From an uncultured Bacilli bacterium (GTDB taxonomy: Bacteria; Bacillota_I; Bacilli_A; RF39; UBA660), in NCBI GenBank assembly GCA_934120715.1, contig CAKOUW010000002.1, forward strand, positions 78,564 through 142,563: a DNA stretch of 64,000 nucleotides, read 5' to 3'. Numbering within the stretch: position 1 is the first letter of the stretch; each line of letters begins with the position of its first letter. The notes beneath the pieces are model-generated. The model searched no databases and had not been told where the DNA came from. It saw nothing but the letters and a program-made list of their open reading frames with translations. Position numbers and translations under genes: made by a program. Shown here in pieces: positions 10,782 to 18,880 of the stretch.

Positions 10782-12182
10782 GTGATAATTATGAAATTAT
10801 ATAATACGTTGTCAAAAAAAGTACAAGAGTTTATTCCAAATGAAGAGGGTAAAGTAAAGATGTATACATGTGGTCCAACAGTTTATAGTTATGCTCACAT
10901 CGGTAATTTACGTACCTATATATCTGAAGATGTTTTAGAAAAGGGATTAAAGTTTATTGGATATGATGTTTCTAGAGTTATGAATATTACGGATGTTGGT
11001 CATTTAGTTGGTGATGGTGATACTGGTGAAGATAAGATGGCTGTTGCGGCTAAAAGGGAACACAAATCTTCTTTAGAGATTGCTAAATACTATACAAAAT
11101 GTTTTTTTGATGACTGTAATAAATTAAACATAAAAAAGCCTGATGTAGTTTCAAATGCTACTGACAATATTGATATGTATATAAAGATGATTTCTAAGTT
11201 ATTAGAGTCTGGTTATGCTTATATTTCTGATGGAAATGTGTATTTTGATACTTCTAAGTTTCCTAATTACTATGAACTTTCGGGGCGAAATAGTGATGAT
11301 TTGATCGTTGCAGTTAGAGATGATATTTCTGTAGATATTGCTAAAAAGAATCCATTCGACTTTGGTTTATGGTTTACAAATTCTAAGTTTGAAAATCAAG
11401 AACTACAATGGGATTCACCATGGGGTAGAGGATATCCTGGTTGGCATATTGAATGTTCAGGTATTTCAATAAAGTATTTAGGGGAAAAACTTGATATACA
11501 TTGTGGTGCAGAGGATGCTATTTTTCCACATCATACTAATGAAATCGCTCAAAGTGAATGTTATTTAGGACATAAGTGGTGTAATTATTGGGTACATATG
11601 GGATTTTTAAATGATAAATCTGGTAAAATGAGTAAATCTAAGGGAGAATTCTTAACTGTTTCATTGTTAGAAGAGAAGGGTTATAATCCATTAAGCTATC
11701 GTTACTTATGTTTAAATTCATATTATCATAACCAATTAACATTCTCATTTGATATTTTAGATGGGGCTGAAAAGGCATACCTAAAGCTTAAAGGACGTAT
11801 TTTGAAATTAGGTGATGGAGAACTTCAACAAGATGAATATGATGATTATATAAATAAATTTAGAGAGTTTGTTGAAGATGATTTAAATACATCTAATATG
11901 ATTACATTATTATATGATGTAGTTAAGGATCCTAATTTAAATGATGGTACCAAGAGAAAAATAATTGCTAAATTTGATGAAGTACTATCGCTTGATTTAT
12001 TAAAAGATACTGATAATAGTGTTAGTATTGATGAAGAAATGATAAAGGAAAAGATTGCTCTACGAAGTGACGCTAAAAAGAGGAAAGATTTTGCTGAAGC
12101 TGATAGGATAAGAGATGAACTTTTAGCTATTGGTATTCGTTTAATTGATACTAGGGAAGGAACAACTTACGAAGTTATCTAG
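10782..12182 (+). CDS. cysS: cysteinyl-tRNA synthetase
   Basis: HIGN (HIGH) and KMSKS motifs, and Zn-binding Cys residues. Confidence 0.95.
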   Translation: MIIMKLYNTLSKKVQEFIPNEEGKVKMYTCGPTVYSYAHIGNLRTYISEDVLEKGLKFIGYDVSRVMNITDVGHLVGDGDTGEDKMAVAAKREHKSSLEIAKYYTKCFFDDCNKLNIKKPDVVSNATDNIDMYIKMISKLLESGYAYISDGNVYFDTSKFPNYYELSGRNSDDLIVAVRDDISVDIAKKNPFDFGLWFTNSKFENQELQWDSPWGRGYPGWHIECSGISIKYLGEKLDIHCGAEDAIFPHHTNEIAQSECYLGHKWCNYWVHMGFLNDKSGKMSKSKGEFLTVSLLEEKGYNPLSYRYLCLNSYYHNQLTFSFDILDGAEKAYLKLKGRILKLGDGELQQDEYDDYINKFREFVEDDLNTSNMITLLYDVVKDPNLNDGTKRKIIAKFDEVLSLDLLKDTDNSVSIDEEMIKEKIALRSDAKKRKDFAEADRIRDELLAIGIRLIDTREGTTYEVI

Positions 12183-12202
12183 TGTAAGACTGCATATTCT
12201 TT

Positions 12203-12631
12203 TTGTGCAGTCTTATAATTATGAGTAAAGGTTTTAATGGTGTTTTTATGAATACAAAGGAAATTAATGTATTAGTACTTGCATATTTAGGTGATACAAT
12301 ATATGAAAATTATGTTAGAAGATTTTTAATAAAGTCTGGTATTGCAAATGTTAATGATTTACAAAAGAAAGCTGTTTCTTTTGTTAGTGCTTCAAATCAA
12401 GCAAAATTTGTTACTAAGATGTTGGATGATAATTTTTTAAATAGTGATGAAATAGATGTTTTTAAACGAGCAAGAAATTATAAAAGTACATCTCATCCTA
12501 AGAATTGTGATATTATTACTTATAAATTGGCGACTGGTTTAGAGGCTATTATAGGATATTTAGATTTTGAAAATAAAAAAGAAAGAATAAATGAGATAAT
12601 GAAATTTATTTTAGGTGAAGATGTATGTTAG
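12203..12631 (+). CDS. mrnC: Mini-ribonuclease 3
   Basis: LAYLGDTIYE RNase III-like signature, ~140 aa, in the conserved position between cysS and rlmB. Confidence 0.8.
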   Translation: MCSLIIMSKGFNGVFMNTKEINVLVLAYLGDTIYENYVRRFLIKSGIANVNDLQKKAVSFVSASNQAKFVTKMLDDNFLNSDEIDVFKRARNYKSTSHPKNCDIITYKLATGLEAIIGYLDFENKKERINEIMKFILGEDVC

Positions 12632-13323
12632 TTTATGGAAGAAATGTTGCAAGAGAGTTACTTAATAAAAATGAAAAAGTATTAAAAATAATTTTACAAG
12701 AAGGTTTTGATGATAAAAGTATTATTTCGCTTATAGAAAATAAAAATATTAAAGTTGAATATAAGCAAAAAAGAGAAATTGATAATTTGGCAAAAGGAGT
12801 TCATCAGGGTATACTACTATCCATTCCGGATTATAAATATAAATCAATTGAGGAAATTCTGAATGATAAGACTTCATTTGTGGTTATTTTGGATCATATA
12901 GAGGATCCTCATAATTTTGGAGCTATCATTCGTACTTGTGAAGCTGCTGGTGTTGATGCCATTATTATTCCTAAGGATAGGCAAGTTCAAATTAATTCAA
13001 CAGTTATGAAAACTAGTGCTGGTACTTTAGATGATATGAATATTGTTTTGGTTTCTAATTTGGTTAATGCAATTGAGAAACTTAAGGATAATGGTTTTTG
13101 GATAGTTGGTACAGCCTTGGATAGTGAATTGGACTATCGTGATATTGACTATAGTGGAAAGCAAGCCTTGGTAATTGGCAATGAAGGAAAAGGTATGTCT
13201 CAAATTGTTACTAAGGCCTGTGATTATATTGCTAAAATTCCAATGTATGGAAAAACTAATAGCTTGAATGCTTCGGTTGCTTCAGGAATTATGATTTATG
13301 AAATGATCCGTAATAGAAAGTAG
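12625..13323 (+). CDS. rlmB: 23S rRNA 2'-O-methyltransferase, TrmH/SpoU family (RlmB/YacO)
   Basis: SpoU_methylase motifs (DPHNFGAIIRT...VIGNEGKG) and conserved context. Confidence 0.85.
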   Translation: MLVYGRNVARELLNKNEKVLKIILQEGFDDKSIISLIENKNIKVEYKQKREIDNLAKGVHQGILLSIPDYKYKSIEEILNDKTSFVVILDHIEDPHNFGAIIRTCEAAGVDAIIIPKDRQVQINSTVMKTSAGTLDDMNIVLVSNLVNAIEKLKDNGFWIVGTALDSELDYRDIDYSGKQALVIGNEGKGMSQIVTKACDYIAKIPMYGKTNSLNASVASGIMIYEMIRNRK

Positions 13324-13330
13324 AGGATTT

Positions 13331-13912
13331 ATGGATTATAAACAAGTTAATGATTATGAAGTTATGTATATGGTTAGAGAGAATGAAGATGGTGCAAAAG
13401 ACTTATTATTTAAAAAATATAGACCATTAATTGGTAAACTTGCATCTAAGTATTCTGAATTTGCTAAAAGACATGGGGTTGAATTTGATGACTTAATTCA
13501 GGAGGGGTATATTGCTTTAAATCAGGCTATTTGTAACTATGATGAAAATAATGGCATTTTATTTTATTCTTATGCTAGTTTATGTATAAATAGGCATTTG
13601 ATAACATACTGTCGAAATATGAATAGTAAAAAGAATTATGTGCTGGATAATAGTTTAAATGATGAGGTATTATATGAGAGTGCACCGGATTTTACTAACC
13701 CTGAACAAATTGTTTTTTCAGAATTGGCATATCAACAGTTTGTACATATTAAATGCTTATTTGATATTAATTATAGTAGTGTTTTTGAACTTAGGTATAA
13801 TGGTTTTTCTTATAAGGAAATAAGTGCTTTACTTGATATTCCAATTAGTACAATAGATGGAAGAATTTATAGAATTAAAAATAGAATTAAGGATGAAAAG
13901 CTTTTTTCTTAG
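13331..13912 (+). CDS. sigH: RNA polymerase sigma-H-like (sigma-70 family, regions 2 and 4)
   Basis: Sigma-70 r2 (DLIQEGYIAL) and r4 HTH, in the conserved position after rlmB and before secE-nusG. Confidence 0.7.
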   Translation: MDYKQVNDYEVMYMVRENEDGAKDLLFKKYRPLIGKLASKYSEFAKRHGVEFDDLIQEGYIALNQAICNYDENNGILFYSYASLCINRHLITYCRNMNSKKNYVLDNSLNDEVLYESAPDFTNPEQIVFSELAYQQFVHIKCLFDINYSSVFELRYNGFSYKEISALLDIPISTIDGRIYRIKNRIKDEKLFS

Positions 13913-13961
13913 TGTTGTAATTTTTTTAATTATGTTTTAAACTAATAATAGGTGATGAGTC

Positions 13962-14690
13962 GTGTTTGGTATGGTTAGATCTAATGTTGATAACGCCATT
14001 AGCTTAGATGAATGGTTACAATTTAATGGTGATACTGAGAAAAGACGAAATTTATTTATTAATATGTCTTCATCTTTAAAATATATACATAGTAGAGGAT
14101 ATTATGTCTCTTCGTTTTTGCCTACTGATATCGATGTTTTAGATGATACACATTCACAAGTGCGATTTAAGGAACTTGGTGTTATGCCAGATGATTATAG
14201 CGTTAAGACGGATATAGTTAGACAAAATATTTTTGATACGGCTTTTTTACAAATTGGTATTTATACTGATTGTCTACCTTATTTAAAAAAAGATTTTCTA
14301 ATTAATAATTTTGATGAATTTTCAACTTTTTTGCCAAGCACTGATATTTCTTATTATAAGGGTGTTGTTCAAAGAGGCGCTAATGTTTATTTAGTTGATT
14401 TCTGTAATGAATTGAGAAAAAAGGAATTGTCTACTTTGGGTGAGAGTTTGGGTGCTAATAATAACTTTTCATCAAACCCTGGAAATATTGGGCAATCCAA
14501 TAGTAAAGGTAATAAGATGTTAACTAAAAGTAATGGTAAGAGTATTTTGAGTGATGATGACTATAATTCTATATATAACTTTAATCAGAAGAAAGATGCC
14601 GCTTTTGTTAGTTTCTTATTAATACCACTTTTTGTATCCGCTTTTGGAATTATTTTTACAGTTTTAGCATGGCTGTTTCGTATTTCTTAA
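13962..14690 (+). CDS. hypothetical tail-anchored membrane protein (C-terminal TM)
   Basis: ORF with a C-terminal hydrophobic helix and no recognisable family. A LKYIHSRGYYVSS segment is faintly kinase-catalytic-loop-like. Confidence 0.4.
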   Translation: MFGMVRSNVDNAISLDEWLQFNGDTEKRRNLFINMSSSLKYIHSRGYYVSSFLPTDIDVLDDTHSQVRFKELGVMPDDYSVKTDIVRQNIFDTAFLQIGIYTDCLPYLKKDFLINNFDEFSTFLPSTDISYYKGVVQRGANVYLVDFCNELRKKELSTLGESLGANNNFSSNPGNIGQSNSKGNKMLTKSNGKSILSDDDYNSIYNFNQKKDAAFVSFLLIPLFVSAFGIIFTVLAWLFRIS

Positions 14691-14779
14691 AAATGATTGA
14701 CATTTCCTTTTATTTATGCTACTTTAGTGGTGAACACAAGGAAGTGTTTTTATTTTGATTAAAAGGAGCATGATCATTT

Positions 14780-15106
14780 ATGGCTGAAGTTAGAAAAAGG
14801 GAAAAAGTTGAGAAATATAGACTTGAAGATATTGATGTTAAAAAGAATGAAAAGGAACCTAATAAAAAGAAAGCTAGTAAAGATAAACCTAAGAAAAATA
14901 ATTCCTCAAAATCTAAGAAAAGTTTATGGGCAAAATTTAGAATATTTTGTAATGGCGTAGGTGATGAGACTAAAAAGGTTCATTGGACAAGTAAGTCTGA
15001 TATGTTTAAGTATTCTGTTGCTACAATATGTTTTATTGTCTTTTGTTCTTTATTCTTTTACTTGATTGATGTTCTTTTTGCATTAGTTCAATCATTATTT
15101 AGTTAA
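14780..15106 (+). CDS. secE: preprotein translocase subunit SecE with a lysine-rich N-terminal extension
   Basis: C-terminal TM with the VHWTSKSD...KYSVATICFIV SecE signature, and the conserved position before nusG. Confidence 0.8.
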   Translation: MAEVRKREKVEKYRLEDIDVKKNEKEPNKKKASKDKPKKNNSSKSKKSLWAKFRIFCNGVGDETKKVHWTSKSDMFKYSVATICFIVFCSLFFYLIDVLFALVQSLFS

Positions 15107-15118
15107 AGGAGTTAATTT

Positions 15119-15652
15119 ATGGAAAAGCAATGGTATGTGGTTAACACTTATTCTGGTCATGAGAACAAGGTTAAAGAAAAATTAGAAATGAGAGCTGAAT
15201 CCATGGATATGCAGGACTATATTTTTAGGGTTGTTATTCCAGAGGAAAAAGTAGTAGAAGTAAAAGATGGAGTTACTAAGGAAAGAGTTAAAAAAATGTT
15301 TCCTGGTTACATTTTAGTTGAAATGGTTATGACAGATGAAGCTTGGTATATAGTTCGTAATACTCCTGGTGTTACAGGATTTATAGGTTCTAGTGGTAAG
15401 GGAGCTAAACCAACACCTTTACAACCATATGAAGTAGATAAAATTCTTGGTAATATGGGAATTAGTAGAATTAATGTAGAGACTGAGCTTGAGCCTGGAT
15501 CAAAGGTTAAAATTATCAGTGGACCATTTAATGGAATGTTTGGTAAAGTTGAATCAGTTGATTTACCTAATCAAAAAGTTATGCTTAATGTTGATTTATT
15601 TGGACAAGAAACTTCAGTTGAAGTTGAACTAAATCAAATAGAAAATGCATAA
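15119..15652 (+). CDS. nusG: transcription termination/antitermination factor NusG
   Basis: NGN and KOW domains (KVKIISGPFNGMFGKVESV). Confidence 0.95.
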   Translation: MEKQWYVVNTYSGHENKVKEKLEMRAESMDMQDYIFRVVIPEEKVVEVKDGVTKERVKKMFPGYILVEMVMTDEAWYIVRNTPGVTGFIGSSGKGAKPTPLQPYEVDKILGNMGISRINVETELEPGSKVKIISGPFNGMFGKVESVDLPNQKVMLNVDLFGQETSVEVELNQIENA

Positions 15653-15807
15653 TATTCTTGCAAAAGCTATAACTTTATGTTATTATTTAATGGCTATATT
15701 TAATTAATATAGATTTAGTGGGAAGCATGGTTTGCATTTATTAAAAGCGGGAATCAAGCTATTTGGACCACTCGCGAAAACTAAAATTTATATAGGAGGT
15801 GTTTTTC

Positions 15808-16239
15808 GTGGCAAAGGAAGCAATTAAGAAAATTAAACTACAAATTCAAGCAGGAAAGGCTACACCAGCTCCACCAGTAGGAACTGTGTTAGGACCAGCT
15901 GGTATTAATCTTCAAGATTTCTGTACTAAGTATAATGATGCTACTAGAGACAGAATGGGAGATGTTTTACCTGTTGAAATTTCAATATATGATGATAGGA
16001 GCTTTGATTTTGTTATTAAAACTCCACCAACAAGTTTCTTATTAAAGAAGTATGCTAAAATTACTAAGGGTTCTGTTAAGGGATCTAAAGAAGTTATTGC
16101 TACTATTACTAAGGAACAATTAAAAGAAATTGCTAGCATTAAGTTACCTGATTTAAATGCTTATACAGTAGATGAAGCAATGAATATTGTTGCTGGAACA
16201 GCTAAGAATATGGGAATTGCTATTGAAGGTAATGAATAA
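15808..16239 (+). CDS. rplK: 50S ribosomal protein L11
   Basis: VAKEAIKKIKLQIQAGKATPAPPVGTVLGP. A GTG start at 15808 sits 8 nt after aggagg, so the ORF-track ATG at 15799 is probably too early. Confidence 0.93.
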   Translation: MAKEAIKKIKLQIQAGKATPAPPVGTVLGPAGINLQDFCTKYNDATRDRMGDVLPVEISIYDDRSFDFVIKTPPTSFLLKKYAKITKGSVKGSKEVIATITKEQLKEIASIKLPDLNAYTVDEAMNIVAGTAKNMGIAIEGNE

Positions 16240-16319
16240 ATAAATTTATAATCATATAGGTTTTACCTACGTGGAAGGAATTTAATTAATCCGCTTTTAC
16301 CACATAAGGAGGAATAGAA

Positions 16320-17015
16320 ATGAAAAAAAGAGGAAAAAAGTATACAGAAGCTGTTTCTAAATTAGAGAAGAATAAAGTATACTCAAAAGAAGAAGCTATT
16401 AAGTTAGTTAAAGAAACTTCTATTAGTTCATTTGATGCATCTGTTGAAGTTGCTATGAGATTAAACTTAGATACTAAGAAAGCTGATCAACAATTAAGAG
16501 GTGCTATAGTTTTACCTAAGGGTACTGGAAAGACTAATAGAGTTTTAGTAATCGCTAAAGGTGATAAGGCTAATCAAGCTAGAGAGGCTGGAGCTGATTA
16601 TGTTGGCGATGTTGATATGTTAGAAAAAATTGAGAAAGACAATTGGTTTGATTTTGATACAATGATAGCAACTCCTGATATGATGCCATTACTTGGTAAA
16701 TTAGGAAAGATTTTAGGACCTAAAGGTTTAATGCCAAATCCTAAAACAGGAACTGTTACAGTTGATGTTGCAAAGGCTGTTAACGAAGTTAAAGCTGGAC
16801 GTGTTGAATATAGAACTGATAGTTATGGAAATATTCATGGTGTTATTGGAAAGACTTCATTTAGTGATGAAGATTTGCTTCTAAACCTAAATGCATTTGT
16901 TTCTCACATAATTAAACTTAGACCTGCAAGCGTTAAGGGTGATTATGTTAAGAATATTTCAATCTCATCTACTATGGGTCCTGGAATAAAAGTTGAAAAT
17001 AGTTTTGACAAATAG
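16320..17015 (+). CDS. rplA: 50S ribosomal protein L1
   Basis: L1 family sequence, with RBS aaggagg. Confidence 0.95.
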   Translation: MKKRGKKYTEAVSKLEKNKVYSKEEAIKLVKETSISSFDASVEVAMRLNLDTKKADQQLRGAIVLPKGTGKTNRVLVIAKGDKANQAREAGADYVGDVDMLEKIEKDNWFDFDTMIATPDMMPLLGKLGKILGPKGLMPNPKTGTVTVDVAKAVNEVKAGRVEYRTDSYGNIHGVIGKTSFSDEDLLLNLNAFVSHIIKLRPASVKGDYVKNISISSTMGPGIKVENSFDK

Positions 17016-17169
17016 GATTTTGTAGATTATAATAAATTCGATTGCAGTGCCATAGACAGTAGGTATACAAGTAAATCCTACCGAGGACTTAGTTAGTATG
17101 TTAAAGTTCCAGGCACAGATGTTTGGAACTTTTTATATGGCATGTATAAATATATAGGGAGGTGAATTT
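17016..17169 (+). promoter_or_regulatory. putative ribosomal protein L10 leader (autoregulatory 5' UTR of rplJL)
   Basis: A 154-nt structured gap between rplA and rplJ, in the position occupied by the L10 leader in Firmicutes. A TATAAT lies at 17030-17035. No covariance-model check was possible. Confidence 0.35.
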
Positions 17170-17664
17170 ATGGCAAGTAAAGCAAACTTAAAACAAAAGC
17201 AAACAGTTATTGATGAAATAACAGATCGTATTAAGTCTGCTAATTCAATAGTTTTATTTGACTACCGTGGTATAACAGATGCTGAAGCTAAAGAATTACG
17301 TTGCAAATTAAGAGAGACTAACTCAGATTATAAGGTTTATAAAAATACTTTGATGGCTAGAGCTTTCAATGATTTGGGAATCGATCTTAATGAATACTTA
17401 AATGGTCCTAGTGCTTTTGCATTTGGTGAGGATCAGGTAGCACCTGTTAAGGTTATATCTGAGTTTGCTAGTAGTCACCCAGCATTAGTTTTAAAGGTTG
17501 GTATCATTGATGGTGAAACTGCAGATAAGGCTAAATTAGCTGAATATGCAACTATTCCTTCAAGAGAAGGCTTACTTACTATGTTGGCTGGCGGTATGAT
17601 TGGAATTGCTAGAGATTTATCAATTTGCTTAGACTTATATAGTCAGCAAAAAGAAGAAAATTAA
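17170..17664 (+). CDS. rplJ: 50S ribosomal protein L10
   Basis: L10 family sequence. Confidence 0.95.
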   Translation: MASKANLKQKQTVIDEITDRIKSANSIVLFDYRGITDAEAKELRCKLRETNSDYKVYKNTLMARAFNDLGIDLNEYLNGPSAFAFGEDQVAPVKVISEFASSHPALVLKVGIIDGETADKAKLAEYATIPSREGLLTMLAGGMIGIARDLSICLDLYSQQKEEN

Positions 17665-17685
17665 TTTAAATAGGAGGAAAGAAAA

Positions 17686-18054
17686 ATGGCTAAATTAACA
17701 AGAGATGAATTTATCAGTAGTTTAAAAGAAATGACTTTATTAGAAATTAAGGAATTAGTAGATGCAATGAAAGAAGAGTTTGGTGTTGATCCATCTGCTG
17801 TTGCAGTTGCTGCACCTGCTGCTGGAGCTGCTGCTGATGAAGGTCCAAGTACAGTTACTGTTTCAATAGCTGATGCTGGAGCTGCTAAAGTTGCTGTTAT
17901 TAAAGTTGTTAAAGAAATTACTGGTTTAGGATTAAAAGAATCTAAAGATATCGTTGATTCAAACGGTGTTGTTAAGGAAAACATTGCTAAGGCTGAAGCT
18001 GATGAAATTAAAGCTAAGTTAGAAGAAGCTGGAGCTACTGTTGAAGTAAAATAG
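17686..18054 (+). CDS. rplL: 50S ribosomal protein L7/L12
   Basis: Ala-rich hinge and C-terminal domain (EAGATVEVK). Confidence 0.95.
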   Translation: MAKLTRDEFISSLKEMTLLEIKELVDAMKEEFGVDPSAVAVAAPAAGAAADEGPSTVTVSIADAGAAKVAVIKVVKEITGLGLKESKDIVDSNGVVKENIAKAEADEIKAKLEEAGATVEVK

Positions 18055-18070
18055 TTTTATAAGATTCTTA

Positions 18071-18098
18071 CTGGAAATAATTAATTTCCAGTTTTTTT
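18071..18098 (+). terminator. rho-independent terminator after rplL
   Basis: ctggaaataattaatttccag followed by T7. Confidence 0.8.
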
Positions 18099-18160
18099 AT
18101 TATTGCTGTTAAAAACATATTAGAAAATGTGTAAAAAAATGTAAAAAAATATAAAAATGT

Positions 18161-18189
18161 TTGACATAAAATTCTTTTTGTTGTAATAT
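18161..18189 (+). promoter_or_regulatory. sigma-A-type promoter (TTGACA-17-TAATAT) preceded by phased A-tracts
   Basis: The -35 is at 18161-18166 and the -10 at 18184-18189. Upstream, (aaaatgtgtaaaaaaatgtaaaaaaatataaaaatg) is UP-element-like. Confidence 0.6.
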
Positions 18190-18263
18190 ATGTTTCGAAA
18201 GGGAGAAAACTAAGTATTTTATATATGGTTTTCTCCTTCTTTTTTTGTCAAAAGGTGAGTATC

Positions 18264-18848
18264 ATGGGACAGTATTTTTCAAACGATAAATTACCTAGTA
18301 ATATTAAGAAGACAGAATGCTTTGTTTTAGGACAAAAATTTGTGTTCTTAACTGATAATGGTGTATTTTCTAAGAACGGTTTGGATTTTGGCAGTAGACT
18401 TCTTCTTGAATCAATCCCGGCAGAAGAGGTTGGAGGCAAAATTCTTGATATGGGATGTGGATATGGAGTATTTGGCATTGTTATTGGAAAAGTTACTGGG
18501 GCATTGGTGGATATGGCTGATGTTAATTACAGGGCTTTGCATTTAACTGAAATGAATGCAAGAGAAAATCATGTTCCTAATGTTAATGTTTTTTATAGTA
18601 ACTGTTATGAAAATGTTAATGGCAAATATAGTTCCATTATTACTAACCCTCCAATTAGGGCTGGTAAAAAAGTCGTTTATGATATAGTGATGAATGCAAA
18701 AAATTACTTGGAAAGTAATGGACATCTTTTTTTGGTAGTTAGAAAAGAACAAGGTGCAAAATCGCTAATTGTCGACTTAAAAAAATTATATACTGTTGAT
18801 ATATTGGCAAAAAGTAAAGGTTATTTTATAATTAAGTGTACTATTTAG
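18264..18848 (+). CDS. class I SAM-dependent methyltransferase (YbxB/RsmC-like small-domain MTase)
   Basis: Motif I LDMGCGYGVFG and NPPI. In B. subtilis ybxB occupies this position between rplL and rpoB. ATG 18264 has RBS aaaggtgag. Confidence 0.8.
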   Translation: MGQYFSNDKLPSNIKKTECFVLGQKFVFLTDNGVFSKNGLDFGSRLLLESIPAEEVGGKILDMGCGYGVFGIVIGKVTGALVDMADVNYRALHLTEMNARENHVPNVNVFYSNCYENVNGKYSSIITNPPIRAGKKVVYDIVMNAKNYLESNGHLFLVVRKEQGAKSLIVDLKKLYTVDILAKSKGYFIIKCTI

Positions 18849-18880
18849 ATTAGACTTTTTTATAGTTTCCTTTAAAAATT

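Noticed and set aside
12183-12202. Hairpin aagactgcatattctttttgtgcagtctt between cysS and mrnC, as a possible terminator.
   Set aside because: No U-run follows, and the downstream genes are in a conserved operon. It is probably an RNA processing or stability hairpin and was not called.
15653-15807. Putative L11/L1 leader (L1-binding mRNA mimic) upstream of rplK.
   Set aside because: A promoter (TTGCAA-17-TATTAT) is visible, but I cannot verify the L1-binding stem-loop by eye. It is left unannotated.
18110-18160. Short tandem repeats aaaatgtgtaaaaaaatgtaaaaaaatataaaaatg that could be mistaken for a mini CRISPR or satellite array.
   Set aside because: The units are only ~9-10 bp, A-rich and imperfect, and sit directly upstream of a -35 box. 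They are better explained as phased A-tracts or an UP element. No cas genes or spacer structure are present.
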